Shown here piece by piece: positions 35,041 to 50,000 of a DNA stretch of 64,000 nt. Origin of the DNA: Gnetum montanum (lineage: Eukaryota > Plantae > Gnetophyta); assembly GCA_015680685.1 (NCBI GenBank), contig MNCI01001065.1, positions 1,325,447-1,389,446 of the forward strand, written 5' to 3'. The translations under genes were made by a program, and so were the position numbers. The stretch's first letter is position 1, and each line of letters starts with the position of its first letter. The notes under the pieces are model-generated. The model did not search any database. It had not been told where the DNA came from and was given only the letters and a program-made list of their open reading frames with translations.

Positions 35041-37565
35041 TGTAGTGACACCTCTTTGGATCCTCTTGTTCTTTCCATACATGTGTGTTTTTGTAGATTT
35101 TAGGCTTTTTAAAGACACATTGGAGGTCATCGAGTCATCTTGTCTAAGATCTAAGCTCTTAGGAGAGATGTCTTGGAAGATAAAAGACATCTAGGTCAAG
35201 TTAAGAGCTTGCAAGAGACATCTTGAATTTTTGACAAATGTCTTAGAAAATAGAAGACAGGTTAGACATTAGATGATATGTCTCATAGAATATGCAGACA
35301 TCTTAAATTTCAATAAGACATCTTAGATATAGTACGAGATGTCTCATTCAAGAGTGAGACATCTTCCCTAAATTACTTGTTTCTCAATAAGACATCCTAG
35401 AAACATCAAAGATGACGCAAACAAGTAGGGAAACTTCTAAAATTTTCATTCCAAGTTTGCAAGAAAACTAAGATAAGGTGAAAAAAAAACATAGAAAATA
35501 GTAAAGAATCTTTAATTTGATCTTGAGAAATATTTTCTATGGTTTTTATCTTTCTTGGTTAACAAATATGGATTGTGTTTCGTGTTTGTACACCATGAGA
35601 TGTCAAAATAGCACATGTAAAGAGTGCATGAGTGTGTTTTAGCTTTTTGTCAATTAAATAAATATTGGCCTAGTGTCTCTTGTGTCTTATGAGTTGAGAT
35701 CTTAGTCCCAAGTTATGATAAGGACTCTCTATTGGTTAAGTCCTACATTAAGGATAAACATTATATGGTTGTATAGTCTCATGCTTTGCAACATTTTTTT
35801 AGTGTGTAAAGTTGTTTGTTGTTTTGTGGATTGTGAAACTTTGTTATAATCATCTCTTAAATCATTAATGATAGCTACTTTTCTTATATTCTAGAAATTT
35901 AATTATCTTTTAATAATATATATATTTAGTATTTGAATGTGATTTAATAATGGATTAAACCTACTCCAACTAATTATTGGTATCTAAGCTTAATTTTTCT
36001 TGCACTTGTTTAGAAGATTTCTATCAATTTCAAATGGCACCTAGGAAGAAATAGATTCAGGTCTTGAATAGAGACATGAATATCATAAAGTCTATTTTCC
36101 AATTTATGATTTCTTGGTTGAGTAAAATTAATGTGAAGGTAGATAATAATGTTGGTTCCATTCATATCGAGACATGCAATGATGATAAGCATTCATGTTC
36201 AAATGAAGAAGTTTCACAACCTATTGGAGAATAAGTACATGATGAGGAAGGAAAATATAGTTATGGTAGTGTAGGATATCATCAACCAAGGATTCTAATG
36301 GGAGGGAATCCTATTCCTTAGATGAGAATTCTAATTTCTTCAATAGTTGAAAACACCTCTTCTCCTAGCAAACTAGATGTGGAAGATGAGGCAAGGCTTG
36401 CTAGAGTATCTCGTAATGCTGCTAGACTTCTATGTGTTGATTTGAAGACTTTTAATGATGTGGATGATACCAATTTTTTTTCAAGTTAGTTGAAGTCACT
36501 TAAAAAATAATTTAAGTTGTAAGAGGTACCAAATAACTTTAGGGTACCTATTGCTAAATCCAAATTAGAAGTTTTTGGTTCCACTTAATGGGAAGAGGAG
36601 CCTCAAGGTTATGAAAGATAAAATAGTTAATCCATAAGAGATTGGAAGGTAATGAGATAGAGTTTGAAAAGAAAATTTGAATAGTCTTGTTAGAGGCAAG
36701 AGACCATTAAGAAGTTTAAATTTCTAAGGAAAGCTAACAAGTCAAAGAATTCTACCTCAAATTTTGTGATCTATTCCATCAAGCTAATGTGAACTAGGAG
36801 GAGTATGAATATACTTTAATCATTTTAGAAGGTCTAAAAATGACATATCAGCAAGATTTTTCCTTTTATGAGCCATAAACTCTTAATGAGACTTATGATT
36901 TGGCACTTAAGGCTAGAAAGAAGATAAGTGGATTCAGAAATAGAAGCAAACAAACTTCAAAGGAGAAGGAGAAGGGATCCAAGTCTAAATCTAAAAACAA
37001 AGATGATAGCCATAAAAAGAAGAAAAAAATGATGATGAAAATGGCAAAGCCAAGGACCAAGGCAAGGCAGGCAAGGGTCAAGGCAACAGCTCATCTAAGA
37101 TTCAAGGCTTCACGTGTGGAGAATGGGAACATAAGTAATAGAAATATCCACTTCACAAGGTAGGAAAGGGTAAATATGTACATGTCATGGAGATGGAAAA
37201 GACATCAAGCCAACCTCTTCAGAGAGGTAATCCTAATGCTCTAAACATTAAGAAAGTTTTTGAATTAAATTTTTATCCATTCATGAAAAATGTGAATACA
37301 GGAGATCATCTTGCTAGAAAATTTCTATTTATATATTAGGGCTAGATGTTTATTTAGTGGGAAATTTATTCATGTTTTGATTAATGGGGGAGCCTAAGAA
37401 AACATTATTTTTTCTAGGGTAGTTACTACACTGTGTTTGGTAACTAATTCTCATCCTAGACCCTATAAGGTGCATTGGTTGTCTAGAGATTTCTCTTGAG
37501 AGGTGAGGGAATAATGTACTTTGATATTTAAAATTGGGAGTTTTCATGATGTGGTGTGATATACT
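35041..37565 (+). mobile_element. Truncated CRM-like Ty3/gypsy element: LTR (~35041-35970), tRNA-iMet PBS (35978-35989), decayed gag and protease
   Basis: TGGTATCTAAGC PBS; knuckle remnant FTCGEWEHK (~37105); protease GKFIHVLINGG...HPRPYKVHWL...WCDIL, cut at 37565. Confidence 0.7.
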
Positions 37566-38050
37566 TGAAACACCTTAAGAAAATTCATGTGACAAATAAA
37601 AAGTCACAAAGCTACAATTTACATTGTCATTTGATGGGAATTTAAAGGTAGACATACTTGCCATGTTTTCCCATCAAAAATCCCATCATGTGGGATTGTT
37701 CTAGAAAAATTTTGAACAATTTTTTATGTGTAAAATAAAATTTAAAGGCCACACAGTATGAATTTCATGTATGCTAATGTGTGAAAATAAAAATGTAAAA
37801 TACATTACTAAATTTAACAGTAAAAAGCTAAAAATGTTAGTGGCGCAGATGTTGGAATTTGGGCCACAAAAATAGCCCAAATGCACCACCAAATTTGGTA
37901 GAAAACATTTCACACATTGGTGGCTCATACGTTGTAGTTTTGGATGGTGAAAAGTGTCAAATACATTGGTGTTTAAGGTAAAAAGTCAAAAATATTAGTA
38001 GAACACATGCTACAAATTTTGACATCAAAAAGCATCAAAAATATTGTAGG
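37566..38050 (+). repeat. LTR fragment of another TGAAACACC-type (Tat family) element inserted in the CRM-like protease
   Basis: The protease reading frame stops abruptly at tgaaacacc, the same 9-nt terminus as the E1, E3 and E5 LTRs; the end is uncertain. Confidence 0.55.
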
Positions 38051-41000
38051 AAATGTCAGAAATTAGCTAGAAGAAAATCAGCAGAGTCAACAAATGGATA
38101 GCCTACTTAAGCAAGAATCAACAGAGTTTTCAGGACTTTTGGATCATTTTGCATTCGGTTAAACTTAAAACTTTCAAAGTGGAGCAAGATCTAAGACTCC
38201 ATAAACTTCCCCTTCCAACATAGATCATCATAAGAAAAGAGAACCTGTTATGAAAGACTTTCAAGAACATATCATTTGAGAAAAACAAGTGTAAATCTAG
38301 TTGTAGAACACACACTGCTATCTACATCAAAATCCAAGAGCTTATTAAGCAAATAGCAAAAGAAGAAGGAGAAATGGCTAAATGGGAGAATGTTAAAAAC
38401 TCTCAATGGGATCAAAATCTTGAATTAGAAAAGGTCCATAACCACAAAGAGGAGAAATCAACTCACCTTAAGGAAGTGCAACCATTTCTACCTTTTGCCA
38501 ATGCAATAATCAGTAGATGAAATCATGGCAAAGATTAATAAGATGACGGAGTGGGTGCATGGAAAATATGGAGAATATGATACCAATAGTAGAGGCACAA
38601 CTATGCCAAATCAAGAGACAAGATAGGACACCACACAATAATTAGAACGAAGGGTAGAAGATAATAAGAATAAGAACTCAACTGCCAACTTCTCATATCA
38701 ATGCAACATCTATCTATACAATCATCCAAAAGGCCAATGCCCAGTTTTGTCACATTTACATGAGCATTGGGGAGGAATGTTACACCCATATTTTATACAA
38801 AAATATAAGGTTCAACCACAATGGTAAAAACCCTAGTCATGGGGGAAGCCATCGTCAACCTGACCGTATCCTTTGTATGTCCCAATGCCAAATGCTTACT
38901 ATGTTCAACACCTTGTTTCTTCAACTAGATCATCATCCTCTACTTCAACTCATTGTTATCATTCTCAAGAATACTATCCACTCATACCCTCTCTAACAAG
39001 GCTGCCATCTCAGGTACCTTACACTTTTCCTCAACAACAATATTCTCATCCTTCACCTCCTTTTACATCGCCACCAATTGTTCCAGAAGGTCTTGTACCA
39101 CAGCACCAACCTATGAATGCTACTTGTGCTTCTACTGTCAATAGTAGTGGGAACCCTCTACAACATCAAAACTGTCCCTTATTTAGACATGACTATAGAA
39201 AGGGACACCATAGTTCAGAAACCATTACATCCGCCAACTTAGCACAACTCCAACACTCTGGTGCATCTTCCTCTTTGAACCCAACACCTTGTGTTACCTT
39301 ATTAGAGCCACCACTCAATAATCCAACAACCATGAGACCCAATGAATATTTCCACATGGGGAGACATGTTGATCCTTGTATACCATCTTATGGTCATAAG
39401 TACCATTGTGGGTCAACTCCTTATAAATTAACCACATCTTATAACTTACCCCACTATGTCAACTCTAATCAAGTGTGTGAACCCCAATGGGGTAAGTATG
39501 ATCGGGTCCCAATATTTCCAACATGCAAGGATCCCAAGCTCCCATTTATTAATTTTAGCCATGCTCAACCGATTAGTTATGGGGGATATCCTCCATTCTA
39601 ACAAGTAGAATTAATAAATATTTTTCTTTTTCTTTAATTTTATAATTTTTTTTCAATTTTTCATCTTTCAATTTGTTGTTTTATCTTTTTATTTATTGTT
39701 TTATCTTTTTATCCTTTTATGGGTAATCTTATCCATGAATAAAACACTCATGTGACTCATTGGTTGAGGTGTTATTCTATGCTATCAAGTCTCAGGTAAC
39801 TAATTATTTGGACAGCAAGCCCATAATATCCACCTAACCATTCTATTAATAAGAGATTCGACTCTAGGTACGATGATATTCTTGACATCATTAAAACTTA
39901 AAGTAATTTTGTGCTCATTATACCTAGAGCGAAGAAGGATGGACTAAGCAAGAATGGCCACGGTGTGACATCAAGGGGACTTGTGGATTCTCTTTGGTGA
40001 CATCTATAGAAGTTACCATGCATCATGGGTCTACTAAGATCCTTGTAGATCTAATGAAAAATGGGAGTAAGAGTAATCAAGGCACTCACTCAAGAAAACC
40101 AATGCTATTCTAGGGGGTCCCACTGGAAAGACATGCACCCATGCCTAAAGGTAGGCAACTTCTCTAGATTAAGCATTCAAAAAAAAAGTAAGAAGAATGT
40201 GCCAAAGTGGCCACACAAAAAGAAAAAAAAGAAAGGATCAGGATCAAAGTGCCGCAAAGCAATTCCAAATTACTCCTCCCTTGAACATAATTTCAAGTGA
40301 TTGTACACCTTGATATCATGATGCTCTTATAGTTGTCCATCATTAGATGAAGCAATGCGATGTCACTAATTGAAGGAATGGACTTGGTCTTGAGTTTGGA
40401 GCAACGAGCTAATGACACATTAATCATGCCCTACATTCAGGATTCATTGTGTCCTAGGTCAGCTACCTCATGTCCCAATCTTTGCAATCCCTTCTACAAT
40501 TCACCTGATCTCGTTGTTCATGTATTTGTGACTCGTGTCTTATGTAGCATTGAATTCATACCTCATCACAGTGGTATCTACATGTGTGTGTTTTGTGGAA
40601 CTGGTGTGGATTACATTTAATCCTTCTAGTACCTACAAAAATTTTAAGGTATGGTTACACAAGGGAATTATAGGTTGGAACCTACTTTGGGAAGGACCCA
40701 CTTGCGTGACTTTTGTAATTTGTACTTGTTGCACACCACCACATCATTTTATACCCTTCGAGTACTTCATTGCCAAATCTATTCTTTTCTTTTTCATCAT
40801 TTTATCAAACATTCCTTAAAACCATTACGTGTTCTTTGATGTATCACCTAAACAAGCCAGGTCTGACATTAAACTTTTTAGGGAAACTTCCTTGAAAAAA
40901 TTTCTAACTCTAAAATCATACTGAGTAAAGAATTCAACATTTATTAAAGGCAATGAGTAAGGTATGAAATAACTAAACTTCTTTTAATAACCTTACTAAA

Positions 41001-42230
41001 AATTGATGTTTGTGTGATTATAGATGGCCCCTAAAAGAGGACAATAAGGAGGACCTTCTCAAGGTGCAATTGAATGCCTAGGGGAAGGCAGAGACCAAGG
41101 ACCTCATGCAAAACATGCAGAGCAGGAGGAACAATCATTTAGCATCCATCAAGGACCTCCTATCACTGCACAATCTAGCCAAGAAAAAGGTGGAGAGGTT
41201 AGGGCCCAAGCCTATGAAGAGGTACCAACTCCATATTTACGGCATAGCATGTCAAGGCCAATCAAGTGTTCTCGTAGCTACCATATCCATGGGAGGTACC
41301 GACTCCATCAAACATTGGAACATCAGCATGGACAACTCATAATCCTTAGATAGAAGAGGAGAAACATCAGGTTCTTTTTTAATTGTATCAATCTCAGAAT
41401 CCTAGTATGCAGGACAAAGGAAAAGCATCCATGGAGGAGCCACCGCCACGTGGAACCACATGAGTTCCAACAAAGTTTTGTAATTCTATATCTGTGTCCC
41501 AATATTGTTTTGTTTAATTCTCCACTGCAACATGAATAAATTTCTAGTTAGTCAATAATCCCATACCTCTCCATTGTGTAATCAATGGAGCTTTTTCTCA
41601 TTTTGTTTGACTCAAGGAAAATTTTTCTTTAAGTTGTGGGGGTATGATGAATCATAATTCATTAGGCCTCGATATCACACCCGTGATATCACATATGCGA
41701 TATCAGATGTGGGATATTGTAACTCCTGTGCAGGCCTATAAATACACATGTAGGTGCAAGGAGTTAGGGGAGTTAGTTTAGTGTTAGAGTAGAGTCTTTT
41801 GTCATTTTCTTCCTCTCAACCCTCTCTCCTAGTGCATGCCCGCAGTGTGATGATTGTAATAGTATGAAACCTTTATTCAAGTGTGATATACTTGGACATG
41901 CACATGACCAAAAATAAAGATTGAGCTTACTTCATCATTACAACATTCACTTAGTTTAATTATTTAATTTTTCTTGTTATTTATTACTTTCGTAGTGAAT
42001 ATCTCTTCACCTTAAACTCCTTAAATGTGGAATGAGTATGACTTAATCACAAGCATTCAAGTGTGACTACTTGGTATCCCAATAGTGTACCTAGGCCATG
42101 CACTTGGTAATCCTAGTGGTAGTCATGCACAAGGTCCAAGATGTGTATGGATGATTAAGGAATGGATGCTCATCACACTTAGGCTAGCTTAGATTCTCTC
42201 TCCCATTTCCTATTAACTTAACTCTCTCTC
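38050..42230 (+). mobile_element. Decayed Athila-like internal region with PPT and partial 3' LTR (41645-~42230)
   Basis: PPT-like aagttgtgggggta at 41631-41644 followed by tgatg; LTR related to the solo LTR at 43001; Pro/Ser/His-rich ORF 38873-39601; MAPKRG-type ORF remnant at ~41025; no pol seen. Confidence 0.5.
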
Positions 42231-43000
42231 CNTAAAAAAACTTAGCTTCAGATCCCATGGGCCTCCAAGAAAAGGATCCAAGGAAACCTCGATGGTCTTG
42301 TTGATCATCTAGGAACTTATGATTTGTTAATGATGTGATTAAATGAAATGAAAAATGCAATTGTAAATGTGGAGAAACAGAAAATAAATTTGCACCGAAT
42401 AAATAAACTGTAACTTTTTATGAAAATAATAAAATTCTTTACACAATCAAAGTTTAGACAAGTACCAATTGTTGTGCTTTGAATGCATAAAAAATGAAAT
42501 GAAGGATGCTTGGAGCCCAACGCAACTAGTAGGATATGTTTTGTAGTCATCTTTGATTTTTGGAAGCTCCAAGTTTTTTCTCCTAATGCTTGTTGCTAGT
42601 TTCTCTATTATTGGATTTGAACTATAGATGGAAGGATGGTTACAAACTTCTAGTGAATGTGCACTACTCTAAATTTATCTTTGTTTAGCCTAAATGCAAA
42701 TTATCACAATGTCCTCTCAATGTGGTCAACTTCATTTTAAATAGAACATTTGGCAACTAATCCATTGCTGCAAATCTTTCTCATAATTTCTTATAGATTC
42801 CTAAACATTTCCAATGTATGCAAGTCAATCCTTGGTAGAATATTTATTAAATTTGAAAAATTTTATGATATTTTACATTGGCTTCATTTATTACCTAGAG
42901 TAAAAATTCAAGTCTAGTGTGAAAATTTAACACCCAAATTTATACATTAGCTTTGCCGGTTCCTCTAGTGTAAAAATGAAAGCCCAAATTTATACATTGG

Positions 43001-43766
43001 TGATGGGATGCGATATCACATCGATGTGATATCGCAGCCCATCACCTTGTCTATAAATAAGAGGTGGCTTTCCCTTGTTTCATCATCTAGATCTAGACCC
43101 TTAGCTAAACTCTGGCAGTTTTACCATTCTAGAGATGGAATAATTTCCATGTGCCTATAGTAGGAGTCTCAAAGTGAATGGATATTTATTTGAGAAAATT
43201 GTACCTGAGCACACATTTGTGTATGGAAATAAAGATGAACTTTCTAATAAACCTTGTAGTGCATGGAGTAAGCTAATTAGGATTTAATTAATGTTAAATG
43301 CTTAAATGCCTTCTTAGATAATTAATCTCCCTCAACCCTCAACTCCTAGTTAAGTGCATTCAGTACGACTGCTTCGAGCACGTGTGCTACACTTGGTAAC
43401 CCAATAACGAATAACATTTGGTAATCCCAGTAGTGTTGCACTAGTTCAGGATGTGTATGGAAAGTGGTAATGAATACTAATACTAGGACAATTAAAGCTT
43501 AGTTAGTGAAAGTTAGTTACTTAGTCTCTTCACCCTTTCCTCTCTTAGCATAGGCAATAAAAAGATAAAAGTTATAAAAATCATATACCTCAGACTTACT
43601 TAGCCATACAACTATGACAATACAAGTAAGTCTAGGAGGAAAACGATTGATTAACCTTAAGTGTTCCATAAGGCACATAAGCACTTAGTCCTTGAAGTTC
43701 AACCGGATTGTGCATGAGATGCTCGTATTCGTATGGTTGAGTGTAGGGGTACCTCGCCACTCATCA
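43001..43766 (+). mobile_element. Solo LTR (766 bp)
   Basis: TGATG...CATCA termini; exact TSD ATTGG (42996-43000 / 43767-43771); CTATAAATA at ~43051. Confidence 0.9.
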
Positions 43767-44189
43767 ATTGGCTTTGCATGTGGTTATAGCATAAAAAAAT
43801 GTCATGGCCATCATAAAAACTGAGAAATGCCCAAATTTGGTGGATTGCAAGGCATTTTCAAACTTCCCAAGCTTGGGTATATGCAAAATATAGCTTTTCC
43901 TAGCTAGAAGTTGAGGCATTCACAACTTATGAAGCATTTTTTAGCCTACATAAGCTAAGATGTGTGGGATTGTAGCTTATGAACTACAAATTTCATATTT
44001 TACAAATAAAACTTCTACCTTAAATTCTAGTGATAAAGGTTACAATGCTAGTTGTTTGGAAAATGAGGTAATTGTGTCTACCATTATTTTTTACCAAATT
44101 AGAAGTGTTTTTGATAATGGGCTTCAACATGGATTTTCTTTATGGTGTTTCACACACTACCTCCTTTTTTCATCCTAGAAAGCCCCTCT

Positions 44190-47090
44190 TTGAGACCCTA
44201 GGCTTTACAAGCCTTCAATACCCTCTTTGTTCCCTTCATTCTTGATATCCCAACTTAAACATCCTTCTCACTATTCAATCACTTGCGATGATGGTCACAC
44301 AACCCCTACAGTGCATACCAATGCTAATTTCATGGCCTCAAGCCATTCACCTTCCTCCCCAACCATCACTACAAATGCCCTAATATGTAGGAACACTCCA
44401 AGGCTTGGATCAAGCCTTCCAAATGATCCAAGACCTCACTGAAGAGCTACAAAGACTAAAAGCTAGCATCATTCAAATTGTAAATATTATGGATTTTTAC
44501 TAAGATGATCCTATTAGTTCAACTATCCCATAGATAACTCTTTCGACTAACATCCTAATTCTTCACTTCACCAAATACAATAATAAGGGCAATCATAACT
44601 CTCATCTTATTACTTTCTATTCTAAATGCTTATTACTACAAGCTTGATTTCATATAGTGATGTGCATCTTCCACATGTCTCTAACTAGAAAAGCCTTAGG
44701 TTAGTACCTTGCACTATTCAAAGGCTTCATCGCCTTACTAGATTACTTGATTACATAATTCATTAACCATTTCAAGTATAGCTTGAAGCCCAATACAACA
44801 TTAGACTAGCTTATGAAAGTCAAACAAGGATCCCTTGAACCTTTTCAAAAATTCATACAAAGATGGAATGCTACTCTTAATGAAATTCCTAAACCCATAT
44901 CTGAAACACATTTTTTGGCTATCTTCAAGAGGACAGTTAATGATTTCATCAAATTTAAACCTTATTATTTAGACCTCTAGTTACTTAGTAAGGCCTTTTC
45001 CCAAACCAAAAACATAAAAGATGTCATGGAAGTTAGCAATAACCAAGCTTATATAGCATATAAGAACCAACACATGAGAAGGGATAGAGACAAGGGAAAA
45101 CAAACCCATGTAGCCATGGCCATAGTGGCTAAAGAATTGAAGTTAACATAGGCACCAAAAAAAAACATAATCCAAGGCCCCTACCACTACTCCTTTACCA
45201 TTAACATTTAGTGCTTCAATATCCCATCCTCCAAAATCAAACTTCAATTTTAAAGATAGGTCCAAGTACATGAAGCTACTTATGAACCCATCAGAGCTTC
45301 TTGATTAGTTGCTAAGAAATAGTTCTATTCAACATAAACAACTATTAGAGAATTCTCACAAGAGGCTTGATCATCTTTGTGAAATTGTTAGGAATCCCAT
45401 CATAGCCACAAAAGATGATCCACCCATGCCTAAGTACTTCAAGCTAGACCAATTCTATGACTATCACTAGCTTTCTAGCCATGATATCAATTTATTCTTA
45501 GCCTAAGAATGATTTACAAAAGATGATAGATAGTGGAGAGTTGATTCTAAATGCATCAAACCTAGTTAGGTCCCAAAACTAGCATATGCAAGTGTACAAT
45601 AATCCACTAAATGCTAATAATAACCAATATTCCATAGTCACATTTAATTTTAATGACAAGCATAAAATTTCTATGGAGTTTTTTGTGGTTTGAATACTCC
45701 TTGTGAGTGAAAGGACTTCAGCTTCTACAAGTTCAAGGACTCATGTTGTTATAAGGATGCCATCATTTGTGTCTCCTAAAGAACCATTTGTCAATAGAGT
45801 GTCCCCTTCCACCTCTAAACCTGCAATATAAATTGATCATTGTCCTCTTGTAGTAGCAAATGCCTCAACCTATTCTCAACTGAGTAATAGGAAATCATCC
45901 CCAAAATAATGCAAGAAGCCAACTCCTAACCCTAAGGCTAAGGACAATAATCCACCAAAGGCGTGGAAGGAAGTAGACCCACTGAAGCCTACTCTAATTT
46001 TAGCAATGCCCATGGATAACAACATCTAAACTTCCTCAATGAGTCCACCTAGGGAGGAAAACCAAAAACAAAAGAAGGACAAGGAGCTAAAGCAATAAAT
46101 TCCAAAACGTGAGGTCAAAATCCTAGGTAGAAAGGAGGAGGTCAAAAAAAAAGGTTGATAAGATAGCCAACAATGATAAAGACTTTCCCACTGCCATGGA
46201 GTAGGTCAAGCTCTTACTAAAATAGATGAATACCTCTTTGAGCTTGTATGACTTGGTTATAACCTCCCTACCCATCGCAAAGCTCTAGTTAAGATGTTAA
46301 CTTCTCTTCTTATGAGCAAGGATATCCACACAAATGAGAACTCCATCTACACAGTGATGGTACCACCTTCACTTAGGGAAGAAATGAAGTTAACTACCTT
46401 AATATTTTTTCACAGTGAAGTAACAACCAACTCACAAAATGGTGAAGTATCGAGAAATCCTCCCCTCATAATGATAAGAGTTGGCTAATACAAAGTACAT
46501 CAAGTGCATGTTGATGATGGGCTACTGACAAACATTATATCATTCCCATCATGAAGCATTTAGGCTTGGTAGAACACATATAGAACACCTCCACCTCTAC
46601 TATCAAGTCCTTTGATGAATCACAAGTAGATATGAGAAGATCCATTTCATTGGACTTTGTTGCTAGGGAAAAATTCCCCACCTATACTAATTTCTTAGTG
46701 ATGGAAGAGATGCTAGATTTCAACCTAATCCTAGGGAAACCTTGGTTAGCCAAACTATGAACAATCTCTTTTCTTATCCATCAAGAAATTCACCTATCTT
46801 ATGAGAAAGGTAAAACTATAATCAAGTGAGATGATGCAATCCCCTTATTCATCAACAATGTTGACATAGAATAAGAATCAAGGATGGAGTTTTAGGAAGA
46901 AACTTCCACAATAAAAAATGAGGCTAAAAATGACAACAACATCAACTAAGCCAATACCACCAATACTAGAGTCATACGTGAATCATGGGAAGATCTCCCA
47001 TTTAATGTTTTAGGTGAAGGAAATGGTGAGTACAAAATCATGCAACAAACATCTTATAGATTCCCTAATCTCTTGAAGATTAGAAAATAG
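44190..47090 (+). pseudogene. gag: E4 gag-protease, decayed
   Basis: GLDQAFQMIQDLTEEL; LHFTKYNNKG; HFLAIFKRTVNDFIK; VHVDDG; FNLILGKPWL. Confidence 0.9.
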
Positions 47091-50000
47091 TTTCTTGGTT
47101 GAGTACATTTCCTATTTTCTTGTCCTTGTACATATTATGCAGTCATTTAACTAGTAGCCTTGTTGTGATTTTTACTTACATGTTTATAATTTTTTCCTTA
47201 TAGTTTTTAATTTATTACATTATATTTTTCAATCTACCAGATAGTCCTACTTTACATTTTCACCTTGATTTATAGTGTATATTTATTCTTTATGTTTGCA
47301 AAAAATTACAAAACAACATAAAAAGTAGAACATGAAAAATGCATAAAAAATATAAAACATAAAAGATAAAAAATTTTAGAATCAAACACTATGTAACAAA
47401 CAATAAAAAAAGTATAATGTCCATGTCCTATAGCCATAGTTGCACTATGCAACAAATGACAACAACAAACATAATAATACATAGTCTCTATAGTTATGAC
47501 AGCAAAACAAATAACTACTACAACAATATAACAAAAAAAAAAGTATAACATGTCCAATAATAGCCAAGAATAAGTCATAGGAGAAGGAAAATGATCATCA
47601 TCAACATTATCTCCAACATTAGCACCACTATCATCTAAGGCCTATAAACAACAAAAAATAAAAACCAGTTAGCAATCATAATGACCAAAGAGCATAATAA
47701 TAAATCAACAAAAATAAAACAAAAACTATAATGTAAAAACTTAAAACATACTTGCAAAAACTTGAGAAAATTGGAGACAATATCTTTACCATCAAATATT
47801 TGGAGGCCTTCTTCAAACTTGTGAAAATTTTTTTCTTCACTCATGTTGGCCCAATCCATATCTCCTTAAACCCACTCTAGCCAAGATCTTTCCCTTCTTT
47901 ATATTTTTCCACTAAGGTGGAGTGTAGGAAAAATTGGTAGTGGAAGTTGCCCAAGATGCAGTAGTAATTTGAGAAGTAGAAGAATCAATTGGTACCACTA
48001 ATTCTATGAACATGCTAAAGGTATCCTCTGTGTCTATCCCTTGTACAAATGGCTCATACTTACATAACACCATTCTCCTCATGCCATGACTTCACGTAGT
48101 TTTTATTTTCTACCTTGTATAGTCACTTTTAAGCCTTTTTCCTTTTGCCTCACTCTAACATCCAAGCACAGTAGTCTTGCCAATCCCTAAAATTGCAATC
48201 CAAGAGCTCCATCTACATGTCCTTCTTCACATTGCTCCTTGCTAAAGAAACCTTACCTTGGATGGCATTCCAATACGACAACCACTTGATCTCCTTCATA
48301 TAAAAGGAATCCCTATTGGCTATATTAGCCTCTATGAATTCCTTATGATCTTTGAGACTATTGACTTTGCTTATCAGTTTCTTCTTCTGCTTCTTCAATG
48401 CTACAACCTATTCCCACAAGAACACATTTAAACGTTGGGACTCCAAAAATGTTTTTGTATAAGATGAAAAAAATTTTATAGCCCCCTTATAAAGCCTCCA
48501 TAGAATGTTCCCAACATTAAAAGGAAGATTAGAAAACTCATCAAATTCAAAGTTTCACAAGGGATTCCATTTCACTTTGAAAACTACCTTAAACCAAACA
48601 CATTTAAAATACTTAAAAACTATCAAAAACATGTAGCAATAAAAACATGAAACACATAAAAACATAGAATAATTCAAAACAAAAACATTTTTCTTACCAA
48701 ATTTAGGAGCTATCTCATGTAACCTATCAACCATATCATCCATCATTCCCTTCATAAAATCCATCTTGTTTGGGGCCCTAACCCAAGGTTTAAGAAAGAA
48801 TATGCATGTAGACACTTCTAGAGGAGGCTCATACCCTATAATGATCATAATAGTTTAACATTATTTGCAAAAAGGTAAACAAAAATAAATTAAAATAAAT
48901 AAATAAATACAAATGAAAACAAAAAATAAATCCCAAAATGCACTAGGAAGATTATGAGATAAGTCCATCGGAGGATCACCTCTTGAAGGTGAATAATATA
49001 AGATGCAATCCATGACATTTAAAACCTCCATGGATGTCCTCTCCTCCTCTTCCTTACATCATTTCTCCTCCTCCATAGTAGCCTTGGCAACTAACTCCTA
49101 TTTCCTTCCTACAACAAATCACAGCCAATAAAATAAATAGAACAAATTAGTAAACATTTTTAACACCAAAAATATATAACAAAAAATATAATGAAAATAT
49201 AAAAAAGCAAGAAAATTAAGAAATAAAACAACTATCTAGATACCTCCAATAGCCTAATTTTCCTTGTTGAGCTTTATAGTCATCTTCCTAGGTGCTTGTT
49301 GATCAAGAACTTGAATGTTTGCTTCAACATGTGGCCTCTTCATCTTTTCTCTAGTAGTGCCATCTGCTTCTACATGTACCCTTTTGGCCCTTTTTACATC
49401 ACCATGCATAGCACAAGGCTCAACCCCCATGCTATTAGGGAAACAACCATGTAAACCACTAATATTCTTAGTGGTAATAAACAACAATTCATCCACATCC
49501 TCCACAAGTGGATCATGTAAATACATCACTTGTGTTTTGTGTTTAGCCCAAGGCTTGAAAATTTAGAAAGCATCACATGCTACCCACATTTCATTCTTCC
49601 TAATGACCAAGAACTTCGTTAACCTCCTAAGATATGCATAGAAAACATAAACTGCAAGTGGTATATGGAGTTAATGTTATTATAAATTTTTCAGACTTCA
49701 TCCCATTATGGACCTTTTGGTGTGATCAAAAAATTAAGTAAAAAGGAGACAAAATTTTTTTACGTGGTTATGTGATCTGTATGACTACATACACAAGAAA
49801 CCAAGATGAGCTAAAGAGGACATTGAATGAACTATACCAAAGCTCAAAGGAGGAGGTCATCCATATGTCTTTAAATGAACATTGAAAGAATGTTGACAAG
49901 GACTTAATATTGAACAAGAAAAGTTATCATCATCTAAGCATGTGAAATATCAATACCATGAAAAAGGAATGATGCATTCAAAAGACAAAGAAAGATGGAG

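Noticed and set aside
47020-47030. ATG|GTGAGT as the splice donor of the PR-RT intron
   Set aside because: Not conserved as a donor in E1, E2 or E3; E2 encodes the same GEY peptide without GT.
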